From Elusimicrobiota bacterium (GTDB lineage Bacteria; Elusimicrobiota; Elusimicrobia; UBA1565; UBA9628): a DNA stretch of 64,000 bases. Every line of letters starts with the position of its first letter. Within the stretch, counting starts at the first letter, position 1. The stretch spans positions 15,900 to 79,899 of the forward strand of contig JACQPG010000024.1 in NCBI GenBank assembly GCA_016207665.1, in the 5' to 3' direction. Under the pieces are notes generated by a model. That model searched no databases. It saw only the letters and a list, made by a program, of their open reading frames with translations, and was not told the DNA's origin. A program made the position numbers and the translations under genes. Shown here in pieces: positions 30,364 through 39,095 of the stretch.

Positions 30364-31145
30364 TGGACGGTGTTCTGGGGCTTGGTCGAGTTTTGGGCGA
30401 GCTTCTTGAGCGTTTCGGAGGCCTTGCGCGCCTCGGGGCTCTGCGGGAAGTCCATGACCACGGACTCGAGATATTGCTTGGCCTCGCTCATGTTGCGCCG
30501 AAGTCCGATCAGGCTCATGGCGTACATGAGCCGGGCGGAGGCGGTCAGCGTGCTCTTGGGGTATTTCTCGAGCACGGTCGCGAACTGGCGGCCGGCGTCC
30601 TCCCATTTCTTCTGCCCGTAATGGGCCTGGCCGAGCTTGTAATGGGCGATGTCGATCAAGGCGCCGTTAGGGAACTTGTTCACGTACTCCTCGAACCCCT
30701 TGGCGGCTAGCGCGTAGCTCTTGACCCCGAGCCGCGCGTCGGCCGTGTTGAAGAGTTCGGTGGGCGATTGCGTCGCCAGGGCCTTTTTCTGCTCCTCGAT
30801 CGCCTTGGCTTGCTGGTTGGTGAGCGCCGAGCCGATCGAGGCCACCTTGTTCTCGACCGTGGAGCTCATGTCGTCGAGCTTGGAGGAGAGCTTGCTCATC
30901 TCGCCTTGCGACTCCTTGACCGCCTCGGTGAAGGTCGAGAGATTCTCGTGCAGCTGCTTCATCTGCAGCGAGAGATCGGCCTGGTTGGCCTGCAAAGAGT
31001 TGATGGTCTTTTTGAGGTCGGCCACCTGCTCCTTGAGCTCCTCGGTGTGGCTTTCAAGGTCCAAGATGTCGCGCTGGGTGGCTATGCAGCCGGACAAGCC
31101 GAGACAAAGGGCGGCGAAAAGCGCCGCCCATGAGCGATTGATCAT
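30360..31145 (-). CDS. cpoB: CpoB/YbgF TPR lipoprotein
   Basis: Lipobox LSGC, coiled coil, TPRs (FPNG, YPKS, FPQS). Confidence 0.85.
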   Translation of the reverse strand: MINRSWAALFAALCLGLSGCIATQRDILDLESHTEELKEQVADLKKTINSLQANQADLSLQMKQLHENLSTFTEAVKESQGEMSKLSSKLDDMSSTVENKVASIGSALTNQQAKAIEEQKKALATQSPTELFNTADARLGVKSYALAAKGFEEYVNKFPNGALIDIAHYKLGQAHYGQKKWEDAGRQFATVLEKYPKSTLTASARLMYAMSLIGLRRNMSEAKQYLESVVMDFPQSPEARKASETLKKLAQNSTKPQNTVQ

Positions 31146-31176
31146 GGGCTAGACGTCAAAGAGGCGTCTCGCCGGT

Positions 31177-31719
31177 CTAGCCGTTGGAGGCCGTGGCTGC
31201 GCGGATGCGGGTTTCGCCGCGGCGGTTTTGCGACCAGCAGCTCTCGCTATGCTCGGCGCAGAAGGGGCTTTCCTTGCCGTAGGAGATGGTCGCCACAGAC
31301 TTGCCGGGCACGCCCAGGCGGATGTAGTACTCGCGCACTTCCTTGGCGCGCTTCTGGCCGAGGGCCAGGTTGTACTCGACGGTGCCGCGCTCGTCGCAGT
31401 AGCCGGCGACCAGCACCTCGAGGTTCTTCTGGGCCTTGAGGTAGTCGGCGTTCTTCTTGAGCGTCTCCAGGGCTTGGCCCTTGAGCGAGTAGCTGTCGTA
31501 GTCGAAGTAGATGGGGGCCAGTCCCTCGGCGGAGACGAACTCCGAGCCGCGCAGGCTGGCCTCGCTCACGTCGACGGGGGGAATGGTGGAGCTGGCGTCG
31601 GCGGAGGCCGTGTCCGAGCCCTTGGCCTTCTTGCGCAGCTGCGACTTTCCGCAGCCGGAGAACAGCAGGGCGGCGACGGCGACGACCGCTAACACACGAA
31701 CCGAGCTTGATATTTTCAT
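31177..31719 (-). CDS. pal: peptidoglycan-associated lipoprotein Pal
   Basis: Lipobox FSGC, IYFDYD, GYCDERGT.EYNLALGQKRA, SYGKE, NRR; GGAGG SD. Confidence 0.92.
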   Translation of the reverse strand: MKISSSVRVLAVVAVAALLFSGCGKSQLRKKAKGSDTASADASSTIPPVDVSEASLRGSEFVSAEGLAPIYFDYDSYSLKGQALETLKKNADYLKAQKNLEVLVAGYCDERGTVEYNLALGQKRAKEVREYYIRLGVPGKSVATISYGKESPFCAEHSESCWSQNRRGETRIRAATASNG

Positions 31720-31822
31720 GGCAACCTCCATGTCAATCGATGATCGAATTATAACAAAAAGCGTGACGGGCAAGGGCAAGAGGAACTTTTGGGGAGGCTG
31801 GTTCGTATTGTGGGGAGGGGTC

Positions 31823-31850
31823 TTGAAAGTTAATAGCAATCTGCTATCAT
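31823..31850 (+). promoter_or_regulatory. higBA promoter with a palindromic operator
   Basis: TTGAAA-16-TATCAT with the inverted repeat ATAGCA-atc-TGCTAT (31833-31847) overlapping it. Confidence 0.6.
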
Positions 31851-31853
31851 TCT

Positions 31854-32141
31854 ATGAGGATCATGGGAAGGGATCATGTATGGGAGTTTGGCGCATGCCA
31901 TCCCCGGGCAAGGGTTGGGCTGAATAACTGGATCAAATCAATGGAAAACCACTCTTTCGCCAATTTTCACGAGCTCCGGAACGTTTTCGGTTCTGCGGAT
32001 TATGTCAGACCCTATACGGTCTTCAATATCGGGGGCAATCGATATCGCCTGATTGCCACGGTGCATTATGATCACGGACGGGTGGCGGTGGAGGGCATTT
32101 TAACACACTCTGATTATGATCGATTTAGATGGAGACGATAG
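31854..32141 (+). CDS. higB: HigB-family toxin
   Basis: MRI start, FGSAD, VFNIGGNRYRLI, LTH.DYD. Confidence 0.88.
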   Translation: MRIMGRDHVWEFGACHPRARVGLNNWIKSMENHSFANFHELRNVFGSADYVRPYTVFNIGGNRYRLIATVHYDHGRVAVEGILTHSDYDRFRWRR

Positions 32142-32142
32142 G

Positions 32143-32604
32143 GTGACCATCAAAACTCTTGAAAGGAAATTGAGGGAATTTAAGGCTCCCGCGGAAAACC
32201 GCCTATTAAAATTGCTCTATTGCCACTTGCCGCCGCAGACGATTAAGGGCCGGAATATGCATCGCCGTTATGCCGAGGTAATGAGGATGCTGTTTAGAGA
32301 GCGCGAATTGGGAACGCTCAATTCCTCGGACCTTGAAGCGGTAGACTGCTATATTAAGGCGGTATTTCCGTTTATCGAAGAATTCGAAAAGAAGGAATTC
32401 CCGACAAAAGATCCTAGTCCCGAGCAGGTGATGCGCTTCTTTATGGACCAGCAGGGCCTGAGCCAATACGATCTCGCCAAGGAGTTGGGCGGCCAGCCCG
32501 TGGTATCGAACGTGCTCCGGGGCAAGAGAAAGCTCAATAGAAGGCAGATAGAGCGCTTGGCCAAGCGCTTCGGCGTCAGTCCCGCGGCGTTTTACCCCGC
32601 CTGA
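32143..32604 (+). CDS. higA: HigA-family HTH antitoxin
   Basis: IEEFE, MDQQGLSQ.DLA, VS.VL.GKRKL...QI..LA.RF. Confidence 0.85.
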   Translation: MTIKTLERKLREFKAPAENRLLKLLYCHLPPQTIKGRNMHRRYAEVMRMLFRERELGTLNSSDLEAVDCYIKAVFPFIEEFEKKEFPTKDPSPEQVMRFFMDQQGLSQYDLAKELGGQPVVSNVLRGKRKLNRRQIERLAKRFGVSPAAFYPA

Positions 32605-32605
32605 T

Positions 32606-32649
32606 CCTTCCCGGGAACTTTTTCGGGGGCTGATTCGTATCCCGGAAGG
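32606..32649. repeat. imperfect inverted repeat between the two TA operons (possible terminator or hairpin)
   Basis: CCTTCC(C)GGGA ... TCCCGGAAGG. Confidence 0.4.
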
Positions 32650-32662
32650 CTCTAATTTATGC

Positions 32663-32703
32663 TTGATCGGGGAGGGCGCATGGTATATACTTTGGATATA
32701 CAA
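32663..32703 (+). promoter_or_regulatory. mazEF promoter with an operator palindrome
   Basis: TTGATC-17-TATACT; imperfect inverted repeat TGGTATATAC-ttt-GGATATACAA overlapping the -10. Confidence 0.65.
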
Positions 32704-32709
32704 CTCGAT

Positions 32710-32952
32710 ATGGTCACCAAGGTCCAACGTTGGGGCAACAGCCTGGGATTGAGGCTTCCTCGCGCCGTGGCGGAAGAAGCGGGGGTGGGCGAGGGAGCGG
32801 CGGTCGATATCCGCGCTCGCAAGGGCGAGATCATCATCCGGCCGCTGCCTGGCCGCCGCTACAAGCTCGGCGATCTCCTGTCCCGCGTTTCCAACGAGAA
32901 CCTGCATGCTGAAATCGATGCGGGATCGTCCCGCGGGCGCGAGAGTCTATGA
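32710..32952 (+). CDS. mazE: MazE/AbrB antitoxin
   Basis: VQRWGNSLGLRLP, Y.L.DLL, H.EID.G...GRE. Confidence 0.9.
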   Translation: MVTKVQRWGNSLGLRLPRAVAEEAGVGEGAAVDIRARKGEIIIRPLPGRRYKLGDLLSRVSNENLHAEIDAGSSRGRESL

Positions 32953-33284
32953 GCGATTTCACCCCGGATCGAGGGGATTTGATCTGGCTTGAGTTCTATC
33001 CTCAGGCCGGCCGGGAGCAGATGGGGCGCCGCCCGGCCCTCGTGCTGTCTCCCAGGCTTTATAATCGGAAGACGGGGCTGGCCCTTGTTTGCCCCGTCAC
33101 CTCGCGGATCAAGGGCTATCCCTTCGAGGTGCCGCTTCCCGGCGGCCTCAAGATACAAGGCGCGGTGCTTTCCGACCAAGTCAAAAGCCTCGATTGGCGG
33201 ATCCGAAAAGCCAAGAGAGCCGCGAAGGTGGACGAGCCGGTCGTCGCCGAGGTGCTGGGGAAGCTGTCCGCCTTGCTGGCCTAG
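32949..33284 (+). CDS. mazF: MazF endoribonuclease toxin
   Basis: PDRGDLIWL.F.PQAGREQ.GRRPALVLS, CPVTS..KGYPFEV, DQVKSLDW. Confidence 0.93.
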   Translation: MSDFTPDRGDLIWLEFYPQAGREQMGRRPALVLSPRLYNRKTGLALVCPVTSRIKGYPFEVPLPGGLKIQGAVLSDQVKSLDWRIRKAKRAAKVDEPVVAEVLGKLSALLA

Positions 33285-33296
33285 AGGCAGAGGCCG

Positions 33297-33926
33297 CTAC
33301 GCGCCCTTGGCCGCGGCGGGGGCGGAGATGGTCTTGGAGAGAACCTGGCCCTGGGGGCCGATCTCGTAGGTGATGGGGCGGCAGGTGTCGATGTTGACCG
33401 CCATGATCTGCTCGGGGCTGAGCCTCTCGAGATCCATCAGTATGGCGCGCAGGCTGTTGCCGTGGGCCACCACCAGGACGTTCTTGCCGGCCTTCGCCTC
33501 GGGCAGGATCTGCGATTCGAAATAGGGAAGGGTGCGCTCGGCCGTGTCCTTGAGGCTTTCGCCGCCCGGCGGGCGGATGTCATAGGAGCGGCGCCAGATA
33601 TGCACCTGCTCGGCTCCGTATTTCTTGGCGGTTTCGGCCTTGTCGAGCCCTTGGAGGTCGCCGTAATGGCGCTCGTTCAAGGCCCTGTCCTTGCGCACGG
33701 GCAGATTCTGGGCGCCGATCTCCTCTAGGATCAGGGCGAGGGTCTCCTGGGCTCTCTTGAGCTCGGAGGTGAAGGCCAGGGCGAAGGGCAGGTCCTTGAG
33801 CTCGCGGCCGGCGCGGCGGGCTTCCTGGGCGCCGAGCTCGGTGATGGAGACGTCGACCCAGCCGGTGAAGCGGTTCTCGAGGTTCCATTGCGACTGGCCG
33901 TGGCGGACCAGGATGAGCTTAGCCAT
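33297..33926 (-). CDS. gpmA: 2,3-BPG-dependent phosphoglycerate mutase
   Basis: RHGQSQWNLENRFTGW, LNERHYGDLQG, WRRSYD, AHGNSLRA. Confidence 0.95.
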   Translation of the reverse strand: MAKLILVRHGQSQWNLENRFTGWVDVSITELGAQEARRAGRELKDLPFALAFTSELKRAQETLALILEEIGAQNLPVRKDRALNERHYGDLQGLDKAETAKKYGAEQVHIWRRSYDIRPPGGESLKDTAERTLPYFESQILPEAKAGKNVLVVAHGNSLRAILMDLERLSPEQIMAVNIDTCRPITYEIGPQGQVLSKTISAPAAAKGA

Positions 33927-34290
33927 GCTCGAGCATCTCCCGGACGGTGTGGCGAAGCTGGTCGACGTGTATGGGCTTGGCGAGGAACTGGGAATGCGAG
34001 GTGTCGGTGATCTTGTCGAGTATCTGCTCGGGGGCGGCCTCGCCGCTGAGGAAAAGTATGGGGGTCTCGCGGCTGGCCTGGTTGCGGCGCAGGGATTCGA
34101 AAAGATGGGCGCCGTCGGTGCCGGGCATGTGGAAGTCCAAGATGATGAGGTCGGGGGTCTCGGCCCGGCATTTTTGCATGCCTTCGACCGGCTCGCTGGC
34201 GGAGCGCACCGCGTGCCCGTCGCGCTTGAGTATCTCGGTGAGCAAGGCGACCAGCTCGTGATCGTCGTCGACGATGAGTATCTTGGCCAT
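33919..34290 (-). CDS. single-domain response regulator (REC)
   Basis: ILIVDDD, DLIILDFHMPG, KP. Confidence 0.9.
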   Translation of the reverse strand: MAKILIVDDDHELVALLTEILKRDGHAVRSASEPVEGMQKCRAETPDLIILDFHMPGTDGAHLFESLRRNQASRETPILFLSGEAAPEQILDKITDTSHSQFLAKPIHVDQLRHTVREMLEHG

Positions 34291-34339
34291 GGGCGCTACC
34301 GGGCTATTATACCGGATGGGGAGGCGGGGCGCAAAAGGG

Positions 34340-35254
34340 CTACTTGGAGGCCCGCTCCCTGCGGGCGGCGGAGCGGCGGGCTTTCTTCATGGCGAACATG
34401 CGGCGGTCGGCCAGGCGGAGCAGCTCGTCGGGGTCGCCCGAGGGCGGAAGCGCCGCGGCGCCGTAGGAGAAGCCGATCTCCTTGCCGAGGGTCTGGCTGA
34501 TGGTGGCCGCGACGCGGCTGCCCACCTTTTCCGCGAGCTCGGGAGGGGAGCAGGGCAGCAAGACGACGAACTCGTCGCCCCCGTAGCGATAGGCCGAGTC
34601 CATCTCCTTGCGTATGCTCTTGGAAAGCACGTCGGCGAAGGCCTTGAGCAGGCGGTCGCCCTCGAGGTGGCCGTCGGTGTCGTTGACGCGCTTGAAGCCG
34701 TCGAGGTCCATGAGCAGCACCGAGAGGGGATAGCCCTGGCGCTTGGCGCGCGCGGCCTCCTGGGCCAGGCGATCGCGCAGGTGCCGCTGATTGAAAAGGC
34801 CGGTCAGGTTGTCGGTGATGGAGAGCTTGAGCAGCTTCTTTTCGAGCTCGACGCGCCCGGTGATGTCCTTGGAGATGCCGAGCGTCCCGATCACCCGGCC
34901 GGCGTGGTCGCGCAGCAGCGAGGTGGACATGCTGACGTGGATGCGCCGGCCGTCCTTGGCCTTGAGCACCATCTCGTGATTCTTGATCTGGCCGCTTTTG
35001 CGCAGCATGGCCATGAGGCGCTCGGCCTCCTCGCGGCCGCCCTCGTAGAACTCGTGGGCCTTGCGGCCGACGATCTGGTTGGCCCGATAGCCCAGCATGG
35101 CCTCGGCCCCGGGGCTGAAGAAGATGACCTTGCCCCGGATGTCGGTGGTGCAGATGGCGTCGCTCGAGGAGGTGATGATCGCCTCGAGATACTCCTTGGC
35201 GCGGATGAAATCAGCGGACAAGTGCACCAGCGGCGCGGCGATGGAGCTGCCCAT
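34340..35254 (-). CDS. PAS-GGDEF diguanylate cyclase
   Basis: PAS ending DIT; TDNLTGLFN, DLDGFK.VND, RYGGDEF. Confidence 0.92.
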   Translation of the reverse strand: MGSSIAAPLVHLSADFIRAKEYLEAIITSSSDAICTTDIRGKVIFFSPGAEAMLGYRANQIVGRKAHEFYEGGREEAERLMAMLRKSGQIKNHEMVLKAKDGRRIHVSMSTSLLRDHAGRVIGTLGISKDITGRVELEKKLLKLSITDNLTGLFNQRHLRDRLAQEAARAKRQGYPLSVLLMDLDGFKRVNDTDGHLEGDRLLKAFADVLSKSIRKEMDSAYRYGGDEFVVLLPCSPPELAEKVGSRVAATISQTLGKEIGFSYGAAALPPSGDPDELLRLADRRMFAMKKARRSAARRERASK

Positions 35255-35316
35255 GGTTATTAAGCGAAAACCTCGCTCATGCCGAAAGCATAGCCAAAGG
35301 CGAAAAAAGTCGACAG

Positions 35317-35353
35317 TGGCTTTCGGTCCTTATTTGGGGGGCCGGAGGGCCTA
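35317..35353. promoter_or_regulatory. two copies of the GGNCC-N3-GGNCC-like motif upstream of the diguanylate cyclase
   Basis: Reverse complements TAGGCCCTCCGGCCC (35339-35353) and AAGGACCGAAAGCCA (35317-35331). Confidence 0.45.
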
Positions 35354-35743
35354 GGACTTTTTGCGTTTTTCCAAGGCCGAAAGGACCCTTTCGATCTTGG
35401 TCTTGAGCAGCTCGATGTCGACGGGCTTGACCACGTAGTCCACCGCGCCGAAGAGCAGGGCGTCGTTCAGGGTCCCGGCGTCGGCCAGGCCGCTGACCAC
35501 GAGTATGGGGATCTCGGCGGTTTTGGGGTCGGAGCGCAGCTCGCGGGTGAGGCTGATGCCGTCTTGGTCCGGCATCATGATGTCCATGAGTATGAGATCG
35601 GGCTTCTTGGAGGCGAGATGCTCCTTGGCCTTGCTGGCGTTCTCGGCGCAGGAGACCTCGTAGCCGCAGAGGCCCAGCCCCTTCTCGTAGAGGTCGCAGA
35701 CCGAGGGGTCGTCGTCGATGGCGAGTATCTTTTTCTTGCTCAT
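35351..35743 (-). CDS. single-domain response regulator (REC)
   Basis: ILAIDDD, DLILMDIMMPDQDG, GAVDYVVKP. Confidence 0.9.
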   Translation of the reverse strand: MSKKKILAIDDDPSVCDLYEKGLGLCGYEVSCAENASKAKEHLASKKPDLILMDIMMPDQDGISLTRELRSDPKTAEIPILVVSGLADAGTLNDALLFGAVDYVVKPVDIELLKTKIERVLSALEKRKKS

Positions 35744-35751
35744 CCGCGGGC

Positions 35752-36237
35752 TTAAGCCCGCGGGGGGCCAGCCTTGGCGGAAGTATAGCCCGAGTCGGCC
35801 CAGTTGTCCAGGGAGTAGAGCCGGCAGCCGGCCTTGAAGGCCGCGAAGCAGAGCGCCAGCAGCCCCGAGTCGAGGAGAAGGGTCTGGTTGGGCGTGGGAT
35901 GCCAGCCCATCCCGAAGCAGCCGCAGCTGGGCAGCATGATGCCCCGGGCTTTGACCGAAAGCAGGGCGAGGATGAAGCCTGCGAGCATGGCGGCCGCCCC
36001 GAGCGCGGCTCCCCGAGTGAAATAGCCGAAGATCAGGGAAAAGCCCAGCAGGAGCTCGGCCCAGGGCAGGAAGGCGGCCAGGGCGAGCGCGAAATCGGGG
36101 GGGACTATGTGATAAGACTCGATGATCAGGGCGAACTCCTCGGTGGGTTGGGCGAACTTGTTGGCGCCGGCGAAGGCGAGCAACGCTCCCAGCAGCACGC
36201 GCGCGGCCAGCCCGGCGGCGGCCCAGCGCCCGCTCAA
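35752..36237 (-). CDS. MauE/DoxX-family membrane protein
   Basis: R..LG....AG..K, LPW.ELLLG, CGCFG; TTG start overlaps the dsbA stop. Confidence 0.8.
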   Translation of the reverse strand: MSGRWAAAGLAARVLLGALLAFAGANKFAQPTEEFALIIESYHIVPPDFALALAAFLPWAELLLGFSLIFGYFTRGAALGAAAMLAGFILALLSVKARGIMLPSCGCFGMGWHPTPNQTLLLDSGLLALCFAAFKAGCRLYSLDNWADSGYTSAKAGPPRA

Positions 36238-36866
36238 TTCTTGAGTTGCCTGTCTATCCAATTCATCCCTCTCGTGGACAATTGCTTGGCGCCGGCGAAC
36301 CTTTTTTCGTTGATGAAGAAAGTGGGCGTCGAGCCCACCCAGCGGAGATTGCCCTGCTTGACGTCCTCGTCGATCAAGGCGGAGATCTCGGGATCGGCGA
36401 GGCATTTCTTGAAAAGGTCGAGGTCCAGTCCCAGCGCGGCCGCGTAGCCCTGCAGCTCCGACTCTGGGGACTCGGTGTGGGCCCAGTGCTCCTGCTTTTC
36501 GTAGAGCTTGTCGTGATAGGGCCAGAATCGTCCCTGGCGCCCCGCGCACTCGGCCGCGATCGCGGCGGGCTTGGCCCAAGGATGTATGCCCTGCAGCGGG
36601 AAATGCTTGAAAGTGAAGACCACGTCGTTGCCGTAGAGCTCCAGGATGCGCTTGAGAGGCTCGGTCGCGACCCGGCAGGCCGGGCATTGAAAGTCGGAAT
36701 ACTCGACGATGGCGATGCGCGCGCCCGGGACCCCCTTCTGCCGGTAGGCGGGGGCGTTCTCCACGATGGGCCCATGGAGGCCGCGCGAGGCGAAGGCCGA
36801 GATCAGCGAGGCGGCGATGATCAGCGCCGCTCCCGCGGCGCGGCGAGCCGGCCGTGTATTCAACAT
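36234..36866 (-). CDS. DsbA-family thiol-disulfide oxidoreductase
   Basis: EYSDFQCPAC, KHFPL, STPTFFIN; N-terminal anchor. Confidence 0.9.
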   Translation of the reverse strand: MLNTRPARRAAGAALIIAASLISAFASRGLHGPIVENAPAYRQKGVPGARIAIVEYSDFQCPACRVATEPLKRILELYGNDVVFTFKHFPLQGIHPWAKPAAIAAECAGRQGRFWPYHDKLYEKQEHWAHTESPESELQGYAAALGLDLDLFKKCLADPEISALIDEDVKQGNLRWVGSTPTFFINEKRFAGAKQLSTRGMNWIDRQLKN

Positions 36867-36879
36867 GCCGTTAATATAT

Positions 36880-36912
36880 AAAAAAAAGAGCCCCCGCGTT
36901 GAGCGGGGGCTC
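36880..36912 (-). terminator. intrinsic terminator of the S8 protease gene
   Basis: Perfect 10-bp stem GAGCCCCCGC/GCGGGGGCTC with a 5-nt loop, then a T-run on the minus strand. Confidence 0.85.
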
Positions 36913-36933
36913 CAGGATAAGCGTCGTTACGGC

Positions 36934-38172
36934 TTATTGCACGAGCTTGGCCGCGTCGATCATGCCCGCGCCTTGCTGGTTGGGCGTGGCGTTGGGCAGA
37001 GGTAAAGACGCCGCCTTCAGAGCCGCGCGAACCGCCGGCTCGCCGCGCAGTCTCTTGGCCGAGATCGCCAGGGCGGCCAGGCCCGAGACATGCGGCGTGG
37101 CCATGGAGGTGCCGGAAAGGCTTTGATAGCCCCCGCCCATATAGGTCGAAGGGACATCGACGCCCGGGGCGATGAAGTCGACCTCCGGGCCGCGGCTGGA
37201 GAACCAGGCCACCGCGTCTTGCGAGTCGGAAGCCGCGATGGCGATCGCGCCCGGGTAGCCCGCGGGAAAATTCACCGTATCCGAGTTCTCGTCACCCCAA
37301 CCGCCGGAGTTGCCGGCCGCGGCGATGAGAACCGTGCCTCCGGCCACCATGGCCTCGACCGCTTCCTTAAACGAGTCGTTGCCCTGGGAGGCGCCCAGAG
37401 ACATGCTGGCGATATCCATCTTATTCTCCCAAGCCCATTGCATGCCGGCGATCACGTCCGAGAAGGTGCCGGAGCCGCCCGAATCGAGCACCTTGACCCC
37501 GTAGATCGAGGCCTCGGGGGCGACGCCCACCACTCCCTCGGCGTTGTCAAGAGCCGCGATCGACCCTGCCACGTGCGTGCCATGGCCGTGGTCGTCCAGG
37601 AATTCCCCGTTCTTGCTGATCGCGTTCCAGCCGCCCTTGACGTTGGAGGCGAGATCCGGGTGCTTGAAGTCGACGCCGGTGTCGATCACCGCGATCTTGA
37701 CGCCCTTGCCGCGAGCGGCGGCCCAGGCCTTGGGGGCGTTGACCCGCGGGATGCCCCAAGGAAGGCTCTGCTCGGCGCGCCTAACCGGCGCCGAGGCCTT
37801 GAAGGGCGAGATCACGCTTTTGATGTCGGGCAGCGGTATGTCGGATATCCGCGCCGGCGCCGCGTTGATCCACTTGATGCGGGGGTCATCGTCGATTCTC
37901 ACCACCTCGGGGCGGCTGCGGAGGCGCGCCTGAAGCAGGACGACTTGTTGGGGAGCGCCCTCGATGACGACCGCATGGATCATCTCGAGAGTCCTGACGA
38001 CCTTGGCTCCGGCGCTCTCGGCGATGAGAACGCGGTCCTTGGCCGGCGTCTGCGCGGCGAATACGACGATCTTCCTGACGGGGGCTTGCTCGGCCTGCGT
38101 GTCGGCGCGCAAGCCGGCCGGTCCCGCCAAGCCCAGCGCCAAAAGCGCCAGGGCCGTCCTGATCTTGAGCAT
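36934..38172 (-). CDS. secreted subtilisin-like S8 serine protease with an I9-like prodomain
   Basis: Signal peptide; catalytic VIDTG, HGTHVAG and GTSMATPHV; AAAGN. Confidence 0.95.
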   Translation of the reverse strand: MLKIRTALALLALGLAGPAGLRADTQAEQAPVRKIVVFAAQTPAKDRVLIAESAGAKVVRTLEMIHAVVIEGAPQQVVLLQARLRSRPEVVRIDDDPRIKWINAAPARISDIPLPDIKSVISPFKASAPVRRAEQSLPWGIPRVNAPKAWAAARGKGVKIAVIDTGVDFKHPDLASNVKGGWNAISKNGEFLDDHGHGTHVAGSIAALDNAEGVVGVAPEASIYGVKVLDSGGSGTFSDVIAGMQWAWENKMDIASMSLGASQGNDSFKEAVEAMVAGGTVLIAAAGNSGGWGDENSDTVNFPAGYPGAIAIAASDSQDAVAWFSSRGPEVDFIAPGVDVPSTYMGGGYQSLSGTSMATPHVSGLAALAISAKRLRGEPAVRAALKAASLPLPNATPNQQGAGMIDAAKLVQ

Positions 38173-38230
38173 GGCCACCTCCTCTCCTCGGCCCCTGATG
38201 GCGGGCCGTGGCGAGGAGCTTAGCACATTT

Positions 38231-38292
38231 GGACCAAAAGGCCTATATTAATTTAGGTCCTTTGGGAATGGACGGATTAGGACTTTTCGGTT
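38231..38292. promoter_or_regulatory. three copies of the TAGGNCY-TTT-NGNNN motif upstream of the S8 protease
   Basis: rc TAGGCCTTTTGGTCC (38231-45), TAGGTCCTTTGGGAA (38254-68), TAGGACTTTTCGGTT (38278-92). Confidence 0.55.
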
Positions 38293-38965
38293 AACGGAAG
38301 AGGCCGAGGAATCGGTCCTCGTACTCCGCGAAGAGGCCGTATTCGCGGAGGACCCGGCCTAGCCGCTCTCGCGCGGAGGGGTCGTCGGCCGCGGCGGCGA
38401 AGAGCGACTCTATCTCCCGCTTGCGGCGATCGTCCTGGCGGGCGGCGGGATCGAAGAGGCCGCGCCGCTCGAGATCCCTCACATGGGTGGGGAAGGAGCG
38501 CGCCGATTGGTCGAGAGTGAACTTCATGAGGGCCAGGGACCAGGCCGAGTCCGGGCACCAGATCACGGCCTTGTTGCCGGCCTCCTCCGAGTCGAGCTCG
38601 GCCAGTATGCGTCGCGCCACGGATTGCGGGGATTCCGAGATGACGCGCGTGGCGAAGCCCTGATTCTTGAAGTTGTACTCCAGGGCCCGAAGCAGATCCC
38701 TATAGCTGCCGGTAAGCCACTGCGCGAACTCCTTGGCCTCATCCCCGAAACCCTCGAAGCGCTCGAAGAAGGACTCGGCCGTCAATATCTTGGGCTTCTC
38801 GGAAAGCACCTTGCCCTCGCGCAGGCGGGTCTTGTTCTTGAGGTCCTCCACGGGCGAGACCAGATGGTATTCGATATTGGTGGCGCCGAAGGTGGACAGC
38901 ACGCTCCGGGGCGTGCGCAATATCTCGGTCTGCCTGAGAAAGGACTGGATCAGCGAAGCATCCAT
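38291..38965 (-). CDS. hypothetical cytoplasmic protein
   Basis: Coherent globular sequence (LSTFGAT.IEYHLV, REG.V, FEGFG, LF.EYEDRF); ATG 6 nt after TGTTATAAT. Confidence 0.75.
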   Translation of the reverse strand: MDASLIQSFLRQTEILRTPRSVLSTFGATNIEYHLVSPVEDLKNKTRLREGKVLSEKPKILTAESFFERFEGFGDEAKEFAQWLTGSYRDLLRALEYNFKNQGFATRVISESPQSVARRILAELDSEEAGNKAVIWCPDSAWSLALMKFTLDQSARSFPTHVRDLERRGLFDPAARQDDRRKREIESLFAAAADDPSARERLGRVLREYGLFAEYEDRFLGLFR

Positions 38966-39046
38966 AATAAAATTATAACACGTCCAGCATAGAAGATTTT
39001 CATTGCCTTTCCGATCCGGGATTCGTAGAATCCGGCCTAGGTGATC

Positions 39047-39086
39047 TAGGACCTTGGACCTAGATATAGAATGGGACCTTTGGGTG
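39047..39086. promoter_or_regulatory. two motif copies flanking a TAGAAT -10 box
   Basis: TAGGACCTTGGACCTA (39047-62), TGGGACCTTTGGGTG (39072-86). Confidence 0.5.
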
Positions 39087-39095
39087 GAGGGGCCG

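Noticed and set aside
32606-32655. integron attC site between the TA modules
   Set aside because: No RYYYAAC/GTTRRRY core pair and no integrase in the window
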